Shown: piece by piece, positions 14,107-25,389 of the stretch
Layout: every line of letters begins with the position of its first letter
Position numbering within the stretch: position 1 is the first letter of the stretch
Assembly: GCA_002269645.1 (NCBI GenBank)
Contig: NIVC01001101.1
Span: forward strand, 321,966-385,965
Direction: 5' to 3'
Length of the DNA stretch: 64,000 bases
From: Macrostomum lignano
Lineage: Eukaryota
Made by a program: the position numbers and the translations under genes
Notes under the pieces: model-generated
Told to the model about the DNA's origin: nothing
What the model saw: the letters and a program-made list of their open reading frames with translations, nothing else
The model's database searches: none

Positions 14107-17100
14107 ATTATTATTGAGTGATTGTTATGTATATCATGCATATATTATGATATTGCCTATTGCTCAATATATTACTCATTTAGTAGTATGCTATTATACT
14201 GTTAATATATTTGCGCTGTGAATTAGTGAAAGTAAATTGGTTATTAATAAATCTATCTGTTTGCCCTTTGCTAATTTGTTGTTTTGGTCGCAGAAACTAA
14301 TTTGCTTTTATGTTGGTCTTCATTCGCAATCTACCCCTATTTGATAAAGTTTTTTTATGAATTTTATTTCTATTTTTAGTTGCTTTTATTGCCGTCTTTT
14401 TGTGTGTTTTTTGTTGGAAAATATAACAATTGCTCTGGTTACAAAAGCCATCCCAGACTCTGTGTCGGCTTCCCATTGTTGGTTCTCCGTCATCTCCCAT
14501 GAGTATTTGTCATTCTTCATTGCCATTTAATCATTAAAAACCCCGAGTTTGATTCTGTGTTTTAGTCTGTTTATACTACTGCAGCAGCGTGAGCAGTAGC
14601 GTGATGCAAATATTAATGCGGATATAAATTTAACTTGAACTGCTATTTTTAAAAGAACAACATAATCGACTTCTTAATTAATTGAATTGCTACTCAACTT
14701 GTCTTCAACCTAGCTACTAAAAGTAGTATTGATTCAATCTACAATGCAATGCAAATGAGCAACCGACTGCAATATACAATCGTAAATACAAGCATTATTT
14801 ACGAGTGTATTAACTCTATTTTTTAGCTTTTATTTATTTTGACTTCACTCTTACGAGCGTGCAATTTCTGATATAAACAGAACCCGCTTGCTCTAGTTTC
14901 ACCTGGATGAAGTGTGTTTGCGTTTATTTTTCTTCATTTAGACTGTATAATTTGCTTATACGACCTACTAATCAGTAGTAATGAACGAATATTCGTATAT
15001 ATTTTTGGTGTGCTTTCCTAATTATAATCAAATTTTCTAATACTTAACTGAAGCATCATTGCTACTCAGTGTCCTGATTCGCTCTTTCGACTATTGCTAC
15101 TTTCTCAGTAGTACCTTGTGTACATCCGTTACAAACTTTGTCGAGTTGAAAGCATCAATAAAACAAAATAAACTGACTGAAAAATGGGTTATTGTCCAAA
15201 AACTGCTTGACTAACGATCTGTGAGCTTTTCTACACTTGAACTGTGTACTTTGGCAGAACTAGCTCTAATTGATATTGCCTTGTGTTGTCATCTATTCAT
15301 TTTTCCTCATTTTAGTTTACTAAGCCACATACAAACAACTCAGTTTTAGGATATAGGATTGAAGTATTTAAAGAGGGAAAGCCAACCACATTACTCACCC
15401 GCAATGTACACTCGCTGCCAGACCAGACCCGCTACAACCCCCACCCCTCACCCGCAATGTACACTCGCTGCCAGGCCAAACCCGCCACAACCCCCACCCA
15501 TCACCCGCAATGTACACTCGCTGCCAGACCAGACCCGCTCCAACCCCCACCCATCACCCGCAATGTACACTCGCTGCCAGACCAGACCCGCTCCAACCCC
15601 CACCCATCACCCGCAATGTACAATCGCTGCCAGGCTAGACCCGCTACAACCCCCACCCATCACCCGCAATGTACACTCGCTGCCAGGCCAAACCCGCTCC
15701 AACCCCCACACCTCACCCGCAATGTACACTCGCTGCAAGCCCAGGCCCGCTCCAACTCCAACCCCTCACCCGCAATGTACACTCGCTGCTAGGCCAGACC
15801 CGCTCCAACTCCAACCCCTCACCCGCAATGTAAATTTAATCACAGCAGCCGCCGTTTTCAATCGATTTATTATTATTTGCCATCTGTCAAACGGGATGGG
15901 ATTTCAAATCGCGAATTCGGTTTAGCAGCACGCTGAAGCCTCGTGGCTTTTACCATATGGCATGTCAGCCGTGCTACCTGCAGTTCATTCTCAACTGCCT
16001 CATGCACATGACATACCGGATGCAAATTAGTCAACTGCTTGCTGTTCCTCTTCAACCCTGCTCATTTGCAATACAGGCAGATGGTGTAGACTCTACTAAT
16101 GATTGATGAAGCAGATACTGCAACTTTGCCTGATGGTGATGGCTCATTCTCATCACCATCAAAGTCCATAATCACACTGCTTGTGTGATTTTTTGTACGA
16201 CTGAAATAAAAGGTGAAAGAGAGAGGGTCCTGTCATGCAGTATATAAGTTTTTTGCCAGTTTACCAAATACATATATGCTAGATAAAGCCAGAAAAAGTA
16301 GTCAAGCATGGCTAATGCTACTACAGCCCCTTTCCTTATTTAAGCTGAGCTCTTTAGTTTTTTTAAAAGAACAAGATAGCAATTATTAATTTATAAAAGG
16401 ATTACACATATTGTAAACAACATAAACAAACAACTATTTCTGAATTAATTATAATAAAAGGAAAATGATAATATAGTACAATATAAATATCATAGTACCA
16501 TCGAGATCTAACCTTTGCTTAAGTTGGCCAAAATAGTTATGAATAGTTTCTTAAATATTTAAACCCTTTAGCATAGAGAAATTTCTTAGGAATGGCATAT
16601 GTACCGTCACAGGAAAATTTCAAAGTGAACAGTGCAAGTCCCATGATAATTGGTTGATTCACATTTTAAAATTTATCACATAAATAGAGACAATAGAGTC
16701 AGCATCAGTTTAATTCATGTGAATATGCCATGGGTAAATGCTTTAATGCTTATTAAAAAAGCCCTTTTGTCAAAAGAATATAAGTTACGAAAGCTATAGC
16801 TAGTGAGCTACTATTTATACTAAACAGTGTTATGGAGATATATAGTTAATACAATGCTTATAGCCTGTCATAAATAATATATTTATAAATATTTATGGTA
16901 TTAACTATTAACCCTGATGATGATGGCATATATGTATATGAGTATGCAAGCTACCATAATCGTGCAAATCTGACAAATGCATTTTTGGCCAATATATATA
17001 TTGTGTTATATATTCATATGCACATACCAACTGCAAATATACTTTGAATACTTGTTACTCGTAAAGTTGAATGAAAAAAATTACGAGCGTACACAACTAA

Positions 17101-17601
17101 TGCTATCTTACACTACCAGTACTAGGCCCTTATCCGAAGGCCCTATCCAATGTAATTATTGCAATGTGTATTGTACCTGGATAAATTGCTAAAGGAAGTT
17201 TCTTTGAAAGATTTAAATTAGGATGGTTTTGCAGGGAAGTAATAGCTGAAAAAGGTATTTGGACGAGTCCGGGTCAGTTGAATATGTGCCATTTTATTAT
17301 CGCAGACAGCAATACAATAATTATAAGAAAAATTATAACTCACATTGTGAGTTTTGTTCTAAAATTGTGTTGCATGAAAACTATTGCAATAATAATTATT
17401 TTTTCAATTTTTTTCGACTAGTGCTCAGCTTCATCGGAAATGACTGGCTCGACGCTGCGCCCCCGCGCTGCCATCGCAACGCCGCCACCCCAAATGATGA
17501 GTTGGGAAGCTGCATAAAGCCCGCAGTCCTGCAGCAGGCGAGAGGCACAAAAGCGACAAGCACATCCCATCTCCGTAAGACTCCCCACAGCCGCTCTGAC
17601 C

Positions 17602-18357
17602 ATGCAGACTTTGTCAATTCTGCCGCTGATTCTCTGCTGTTGCATCGCTCTCGGCCACTCGCTGGGCGCTGAATTCGGCCATTTGGGCTGCTTCGTGGAC
17701 GAAGGAACTCCAAACCGAGACCTCACCGGTCTTGTTGGCTTGTCCACCATCGGGCCCCACTCGAAGACGCCGGGCGCGGGCGACGTCGCACATAGCAGCA
17801 TGACTTTGGAGCTTTGCAGCGAAATCTGCACGTATGGAAAATTCCGCTACTTTGGTGTTCAAAATTCAGCTGGTTGCTTCTGCGGAAACTCGTACGGCCG
17901 ACACGGCAAGGCAGCCGACAGCGACTGCAACATGGCCTGCGCTGGAAACTCCGCCCAAATCTGCGGAGGGTCGGGGCGAAACTCCGTGTACCGGCAGGTC
18001 TACAATCGTCCAGGTGAGCGTAGCGGAATTTACAATCAATGCTGTTCTACTTTTACATGTACATGCACTTCCCCACTTGCCCACCAGAGTAGCGGAGCAG
18101 TCGATATCTCTTCTGTCTTTTCAGATAGCGAATATTTTGCTTTGGCTGACCGAGACTACGTGAACGTGACCTCTACCCGCGGGCCCTTCTACCGCACCGA
18201 GCAGCCCGTCAGGAGTCTGACTGAATGCCTACTAGCTCGCTGCGTCACAGACTGCCAGGCCGTGCTGTTCCACCTGGACGCCTGCCACCTGCTGAGATTC
18301 CCCGTTCTGCCACACGAGCTGAAGAACGTCGCTGGGAAGTTCGCCACCCGCGTGTGA
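17602..18357 (+). CDS. Secreted WSC + PAN/Apple-like protein, copy B
   Basis: Translation identical to 5922-6677. Confidence 0.85.
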   Translation: MQTLSILPLILCCCIALGHSLGAEFGHLGCFVDEGTPNRDLTGLVGLSTIGPHSKTPGAGDVAHSSMTLELCSEICTYGKFRYFGVQNSAGCFCGNSYGRHGKAADSDCNMACAGNSAQICGGSGRNSVYRQVYNRPGERSGIYNQCCSTFTCTCTSPLAHQSSGAVDISSVFSDSEYFALADRDYVNVTSTRGPFYRTEQPVRSLTECLLARCVTDCQAVLFHLDACHLLRFPVLPHELKNVAGKFATRV

Positions 18358-20261
18358 GGGACCACCTGATTCGAAGCAAGGAGTCTCGGCTGCTTAAGCC
18401 TTCTGGTTGCTGAACTCTGATTTCTGACACCATCCGATTGCTGCAAGTCTAACCATAGGGCATAGTTAATTTATACTCAAGACAAATCACCTGAGTTCAA
18501 ATAAAATGACAATATTCACTGCCGAAAAGAAAGAACTTTAGCGGCTTCTGAGCAGTAGCTTATTGGCAAATAAATTCGTTTTTTATCCTGATCGATCGAG
18601 CCAGCTACAGCAGGCACAATGGCAGCAGTAGCAACCAAAGCATATTGCTGACACACTATTGACTCTAAGCAGTATCAGATTCACAAGAACGAATCAGATC
18701 CAGAAGCCACTCAGTTCACTCACTCCTGTGTCAGCTCTTGCAACGCTCAATATTCACGCCAATTTCTCTGCATTGGAAAACTTTTCTGCCTCCATAAGGC
18801 GCGCTGGCACCTCAGAGGTTGCAGAATAAATTTAGAGTGTTATGCTCCGAAATACTACTTGCACAGCTGAAGCCACAACAGCTTCTGGTAGCTGACATCC
18901 CAGGTTCACAATATGCTAGCATATGGTTTAAACGCCTTAAAACCTTTAGCACCTGCACATTTATAACTTCGTACTCATATAAATGGAAGTGAGAATAGGA
19001 ATCGCAGCATTCGATGGATAGGATGGCCGAGTACCGACTGACCGAAAGTACAAACTAGTCTGACGAAGCTGTTAATTAGTTTAACAGCAGTCAGTGAGCA
19101 GGCCAGATACAGGTGAAATAATTAACAGTGGAGTTCCAAGTTTGTTCTGCCCGTCTCCACCGCGGGGGGCATGCAGGGGGGCATGTTCCTCCCAGTAAGC
19201 TATAAAATTTGCGCATATTGGTTGCCATGGAAACGGGTAGGAGGCTTCTTCATTGATTTTTCAACTGCAGAAAAACCCACCAATTTATCCCATTAGCATG
19301 CAGGCGCTTCGTCTGTGCATGCAGCGTTTGGTGTATGAGGCTGAGCTCATCCCCAACGCATCATCCGTTTTAACTGTAGCATTGAACTACGCGCTGCCGA
19401 CTCTCCTGTGTGAGTCCGACAGATAAAGTTTTTTTTCTGGGGTAGGGCGATCAGAAATAAACTTAATGCATGTGAAGTGACATGGAGTGAGGTGTGGAGT
19501 TGGGAAGAGGCAATCAACAACCTCTCTGTAATGCAGTTGACAACTGGAAAATAGCAGACTGCTCAATTGCTTTCAGTTAGCTTAGCTTGCATTGATGGCT
19601 TTATACGAGCTTACATACTCGTACTAACGAAGCGCTTTGTACATGTTTTCGTTATTCCACACTTTTGAATCATGCTTCAATTGGCTGTATTGAGTTAGTT
19701 TACCATAAAGAACTGTGATGTGTCTTAGTTTGACCAAAGACAACTGTGATGTGTCTTAGTTTGACCATAGAAAACTGTGATGTGTGTCTTAGTTTGACCA
19801 TAGACAACTGTGATGTTTGTCTTAGTTTGACCATAGACAACTGTGATGTGTGTCTTAGTTTGACCATAGACAACTGTGATGTGTGTCTTAGTTTGACCAT
19901 AGACAACTGTGATGTTTGTCTTAGTTTGACCATAGACAACTGTGATGTTTGTCTTAGTTTGACCATAGACAACTGTGATGTGTGTCTTAGTTTGACCATA
20001 GACAACTGTGATGTGTGTCTTAGTTTGACCATAGACAACTGTGATGTGTGCCTTAGTTTGACTATAGACAACTGTGATGTGTGCCTTAGTTTGACTATAG
20101 ACAACTGTGATGTGTGCCTAATTAGTTTGACTATGGACAACTGTGATGTGTGTCTTAGTTTGACCATAGACAACTGTGATGTGTCTTAGTTTGACCATAG
20201 ACAACTGTGATGTTTGTCTTGTTTGACCATAGACAACTGTGATGTGTGTCTTAGTTTGACC

Positions 20262-21870
20262 CAAGGACTACTTAAGAACACAGGACGTTACACTTGCAAA
20301 TATTGGCAGAATTCTAAAAGGCCGCTTTGAATGCATGTGTCTATGGTTTTAGTGGCCTTTTTGCTTAGTAATTCGCATAGCAGCGTAGCATGATACTCAT
20401 AACCCATAAGTCTACGTTAGAGCACCAAGCAGTCAAGATCGCAAACAGCTCACTTTATTGTGTTCTCTGGATCTTTTATTTCTTTCTTCAAATTAAATTA
20501 TCAATTGAGTTATACAAGATGCCGACGAAGTGTTGCGTTCCAGGCTGCACAAGCAACTACAAAAGCGGTAAAAGGTGCACCGTATATACTTTTCCGAAAC
20601 AAGAGGCTGAAATTGACTCCTGGATGAAGGCTTTGCCCATTGCAGCTAAGGTAAGATAACATTTTATGCATTCTGGTATTTCCCATTTCGTCTCGAAGCA
20701 TAAATTAAATCGCTCGACTCGTATTACAGCAGGCTACTGCGTACATGGGCGGATGCCGCAAGCATTGGCCGGAGGATGCTAGAATGAAGCAAGCCGGGCG
20801 TCACATGCGACCTATCGACCCTCCATCTGTCTTTCAAGGCTGGCCATCCAGTAGCTTAGGGCTTTCTGCTTCCAGTAGGTGTATTTAATAAAAGTGCATT
20901 TGAAATGTGAGTTATCTTTTCAATGTTCCAGACTGCCCAACAACAACATTTTGCATTGTAGAGCGCTCAAGGGATGCCAGCCAACGAGGCGTTCTGCTTG
21001 CTGATACGCTCGTAGAGCAGCTATTGCTGACGAGATCGTTGCATTCAATGCCGTGACGTGCGTGACGTGATGGTTCCCGTCGCAGAGATGCTGGGATTTC
21101 AACGGCGACTTGAGCGGTACAGTCAACTAGAAGCTATTGCCAACAGAGTAAAAAACTTCCAACTGCCAGCAACCACAGCTGCAGCCGCTCATATTGAGGC
21201 ACTTGCGTCCATTTTAGAAAATTCTCCCGATCCACGCCAACAGTTTCTATTGCGACAGCTTCAACTCAGTTTTGTGTCCCCTGGAGGTGCTCGCTATGAT
21301 GGTAAGGACATCTTGATGGCTGCTAAAGTCTACTTTTCTGGCCGATTCGGCTATAGAATGGCAAGAGAAATAATGTGCCTTCCACATGCTAGCTTCTGCT
21401 ACGTCTTCTTTCTCGGCTCCGGACAGCGTTGCGTTAACAGTTCAGTTAATGTGTTTCTGAGAATTTTCGATCTTTTTTGGATATTGCACTTGGCAACGAG
21501 CTACTTATAAGAATATCTCGCCGGTTTGCAAATTCCTTTTACAAGGGTTTAGTAAGAAAGGAATCTGAATCTGTGTAGTTCCTATCATTCAATATTGTCA
21601 TTCTTGTTATTTTTGGGTATTTCTTCGTTTTTTGTTAAACTTCTACACCCTGTTCACGATCAATTTTTGGAGAAAATATAAATATTTTGTCGGTATACAT
21701 GCATATAAAAAGCTTTATTCACTAGGCTTTAATTTCTATTCATGTATTATACACATTGCTTCAAATAGCAAAAAGGCCACTAAAACCATAGACACATGCA
21801 TTCAAAGCGGCCTTTTAGAATTCTGCCAATATTTCCAAGTGTAACGTCCTGTGTTCTTAAGTAGTCCTTG
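20262..21870 (+). mobile_element. Internally deleted P-superfamily (THAP) DNA transposon, 1609 bp
   Basis: 104-bp TIRs (20262-20365 / 21767-21870, 1 mismatch) beginning CAAGG; 8-bp TSD GTTTGACC (20254-20261 / 21871-21878); THAP and P-transposase N-terminal coding remnants inside. Confidence 0.9.
20519..21510 (+). pseudogene. Truncated THAP-domain P-element transposase (spliced; catalytic domain absent)
   Basis: Exon 20519-20650 MPTKCCVPGC..TFPK..W, donor AAG|gtaaga, then exon from ~20730 with CRKHW..PSVF (C2CH THAP signature). Downstream QFLLRQLQL..RYDGKDILMAAKVY..GYRMAREIMCLP matches the P-transposase N-terminal region, then homology ends. Confidence 0.75.
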
Positions 21871-22134
21871 GTTTGACCATAGACAACACTGTGATGTGTG
21901 TTAGTTTGACTATAGACAACACTGTGATGTGTTTCTTAGTTTGACCATAGACAACATTGTGATGTGTGTCTTAGTTTGACCATAGACAACATTGTGATGT
22001 GTGTCTTAGTTTGATCATAGACAACATTGTGATGAGTGTCTTAGTTTGACCATAGACAACATTTTGATGAATGCTGAATTCTTCTAAGAAAGAAGGAAGA
22101 AAGAAATTAAAAGCCACTTGTGTGATTTCAAGCA

Positions 22135-23567
22135 TGAAGCGGGCAGTAGCTACTGCGTGCAGACTTGAAATTGTATTTGCGGAGAGCAAAAGGTTCTTAC
22201 AAGCGTCTGCGCACAATCAGGTTAAATAGGCCAACGCGCTAGTTAGTCAGTCAACCCCAACCCCCACGTAGCTCAGGCTGGGTGGGCGAACCCCCACCCC
22301 TAATCTCCGGGGTTGGTGGCGCATAGACGCGGCGTGATGAGCAGGGAGCGCGAGGGCATCTAAACTGCCGTCTTCAGGTGTGCTTGCACTTGTCCGCCAC
22401 ACGGCTCCCCCCCAGCGGTGGCCTCCGGTACTCGACGGCAACGGCGGCGTGGCTGGCGGCGCCGCGGCGGGCGGCGGCGCAGCGGTTCGGCCGTCGCGGC
22501 GCCCGGGACGGTGGGCTCACGCGGTGGGCGCCCCCTTGGCCGAATTTGAGGCGTCGAAACCGGGCTCGCAGGGTCAAGCGCCGCTGGCTTGAGCCGGTCC
22601 ACCGACACGAAGTCCCGCCTAGTGACGAGGTCGAGGAGGAAAGCCTTAGCGCCGCGCTCCAGCACCCTGAAGGGACCTAGATAAGGCGGTTGCAGCGCCG
22701 GTCGGTGCCCGTCGCGGCGGACGAAGACGTGCGTGCAGGTGTCCAAGACAGCAGGCAGGGCGGTGGGGCGGCGGCCATGCTGGGAGGTCGGTGGCGGGCG
22801 GAAAGCCTGCACGGCCTGGCGCAGGCGCGCGAGGAACCCGTCATGGCCCGTAGGCGAGCTGGTCTGCAGACACTCGCCCGGCACCGCCAGTGGGACTCCG
22901 TACACCAACTCCGCCGATGACGTGCCGAGATCCTCCTTGGGAGCGGTGCGGATGCCGAGCAACACCCAGGGCAGCTCGGCAGTCCAGGACGGCCCCGTCA
23001 GCCGCGCCATCAGGGAAGCCTTGAGCTGCCGGTGGAACCGCTCCACAAGCCCGTTGGCCTGTGGGTGGAAGGCCGTCGTCTGGTGCAGCTGCGTGCCAAG
23101 CAAGCGGGACACGTTGGACCACAGCTCCGAGGTGAACTGCGGGCCGCGGTCTGACGTGAGGTCGCTTGGCACACCGAAACGGACAATCCAGTGCGCGATG
23201 AATGCGGCCGCACAGGTAGCGGCGGACGTGTCTGCCAGCGGAATTGCTTCCGGCCAACGCGTGAACCGGTCGACAACGGTCAGCAGGTGCGAGCACCCTT
23301 GAGAGTGCGGAAGCGGGCCCACCAGGTCGATGTGCACGTGCGCGAAGCGGTCGCGGGGCACCGGGATGCTGTCTGGCGGGCTGACAACATGCTGCTGGAC
23401 CTTAGTCGTCTGGCAGGCGAGGCAGCTGCGAGCCCAACGGCCGACGTCGCGGTTGAGGCCGGGCCAGACGAAACGGTCTGCAACGAGGCGGCGGGAGCTG
23501 CGGATTGATGGGTGCGCGAGGCCATCTAAACGGCCGTCTTCAGGTGTGCTTGCACTTGTCCGCCACA
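22135..23567 (-). mobile_element. Deleted Gypsy-type LTR retrotransposon, 1433 bp
   Basis: Full 3-prime LTR 22135-22401 (TGTGGCGG...CCGCTTCA on minus), PPT GGGGGGGAGCCG at 22402-22413, ~50-bp 5-prime LTR stub at 23514-23567, 4-bp TSD AGCA (22131-22134 / 23568-23571). The empty site in copy A reads TTCA-AGCT-ACTATAG at ~10522-10536. Confidence 0.9.
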
Positions 23568-23568
23568 A
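22360..23568 (-). pseudogene. Gypsy integrase coding remnant (partial HHCC, DDE core)
   Basis: AHPSIR..WPGL..WARSCLACQ, HVHIDLVGPLP, LTSDRGPQFTS, HPQANGLVERFHRQLK. No ATG start; the frame begins in the LTR stub and runs into the 3-prime LTR. Confidence 0.85.
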
Positions 23569-24548
23569 GCAACTATAGTGCTGGTGCCTCTCGTCAAACA
23601 GCTGCGCTTATTATAATTGGATTATTATTAATTAATCTTCCTTTCGACAGTCACAATGGTTTCCAGAATGGATACCGGTACACCAAGAAAGCTCATCAAG
23701 TGAAGCAGTCACTGGAAGCCAAGAAGCGCTCGGTAATCCGCCACTAAGAGTCACCCTAATCCCTCGTTAATCCATCACTAAGAGTCACCCTAATCCCTCG
23801 TTAACCTTTTGGTAAACAAACCAGATAACACCACAAGATAACATTCACTCAAACAAGATAACATGCCCCATTCCGGTTATGCAAAATGTTCTCTTGTATG
23901 AATCCTGTTTGCGTGACGAAATCTTACGTTTCCTTTTTTCAAACAAGATTCAAATAGGATTCGCTGACCAGGTAACAGTCGGGTAATTCATGCGAATCCT
24001 GCAGGGAAACATCGTGTTATCCTGTTTGTTATCTTGTTTGTTATCTTGTTTGTTATCCTGTCTGACAAACAGGATTCGCTGACCAGGTAACAGTCGGGTA
24101 ATTCATGCAAAAAAATCCGCCATTGACATCAAATTTCGCAGTAAAGAAGCGTATAAAAGGTTGGTGCTTCAAGATTTTGTGAGTAGCATCTATTTAACAG
24201 CGGGGTGTTATTTGTAAGCTCCTTATAGACGGTAGCTCAACAGGAACGAGAACTTCTGGAGAGCAGCGTGGCATACGTCTGAGTTTCGGGAGTTCAGTTA
24301 CAAGTAGACCTACTTATACTGTGAATGCCAATGGATACTACTGAATTGGTGATCTGCTGCGAGCTGGTGTACTCGCTGGCGAGGTCGGACCTGCTGTACT
24401 CGGACGCGACTCTGACGGCAGTCGACGCGTGAGCCAGACGTTTGTAAGATCGGGTCGCGCGCACGGAAGGCGATTAATGAGACCACTTGCATTATATGCC
24501 GGCGCAATGGAACGACTCTGCATTATAAAGTTAAATTAAATGGTGATG

Positions 24549-25030
24549 AGTAGTAGGGCGAATTATGATACTGCCGCACTAGCACTGGCGAGATAGGCGG
24601 CAATGCAAATGTACAGGGAAAAATACACTGCGGAGATATGAGCCCTATCTCTGTGCATTGGGGACGGCTAAGCACTGCAGAGATATGAGCCCTATCTCTG
24701 TGCATTGGGGACGGCTAAGCACTGCAGAGATATGAGCCCTATCTCTGTGCATTGGGGACGGCTAAGCACTGCAGAGATATGAGCTCTATCTCTGTGCATT
24801 GGGGACGGCTAAGCACTGCAGAGATATGAGCTCTATCTCTGTGCATTGGGGACGGCTAAGCACTGCAGAGATATGAGCTCTATCTCTGTGCATTGGGGAC
24901 GGCTAAGCACTGCAGAGATATGAGCTCTATCTCTGTGCATTGGGGACGGCTAAGCACTGCAGAGATATGAGCTCTATCTCTGTGCATTGGGGACGGCTAA
25001 GCACTGCAGAGATATGAGCTCTATCTCTGC
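24549..25030 (+). repeat. Left TIR: 83-bp unique end plus 8 full and one partial 47-bp units
   Basis: Unit AGAGATATGAGC(C/T)CTATCTCTGTGCATTGGGGACGGCTAAGCACTGC from 24632. Confidence 0.93.
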
Positions 25031-25277
25031 TTAACACTGGAGTGATAGGAGGAGAGGCGGCCTATCTCTTTACACTGGAGATGGTTAACACTGCAGAGAT
25101 AGGAGGAGAGGCGGCCTATCTCTTTGCATTGGGGGTGGTTAACACTGCAGAGATAGGATGGAGTGGGTTAGCTTAGCTGAATGAATGTTAATCTATGTAA
25201 TTGGAAATAATGTTTGCGAAAGAGCCAATCACAGAGCCCGGAGTGGGATGGGTGGTTTGGGGTGGTTCGGTCGAGGG

Positions 25278-25286
25278 TATATAAGC
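25278..25286 (+). promoter_or_regulatory. TATA box TATATAAGC upstream of the PC4-like gene, with CCAAT at ~25225
   Basis: About 110 bp before the ATG at 25390; the same 9-mer faces inward at the other end (40601-40609). Confidence 0.55.
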
Positions 25287-25389
25287 CCCGAAATTGACAA
25301 GAAAGAATTCTCAATTTTTCAAATCCAAAATTTCATCCGAACTTTTCCTCAGCTTTTAACTTTTGTGAGTTTTCAATTGCGAAAGGAAA

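Larger units (their letters stand above)
19693..22066. repeat. 33/35-bp satellite, copy B, interrupted by the P element
   Basis: Same unit as 8013-10462 on both sides of 20262-21870; only ~0.76 kb of satellite here. Confidence 0.93.
1..23804. repeat. Tandem segmental duplication, unit ~11,680 bp (copy A 1-11680; copy B 11681-~23804 with TE insertions)
   Basis: Identical ORFs recur at a constant offset (160/11840, 1896/13576, 4193/15873, 5922/17602). Copies look essentially identical to ~7280/18960 and are visibly diverged after that. Confidence 0.95.

Noticed and set aside
19700-20189. Cys-rich or MVKLRHTSQ repeat proteins (also 8406-9292, 49583-50195, 51994-52707, 58638-59554)
   Set aside because: Translations of stop-poor minisatellites in both orientations, with no unique coding ends.
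22374-23578. Many overlapping alternative-frame ORFs
   Set aside because: Shadow ORFs of the GC-rich Gypsy integrase.
24632-25030. 47-bp palindromic repeats as a CRISPR array
   Set aside because: No unique spacers, eukaryotic context, and the array is mirrored at the other end as a Polinton TIR.
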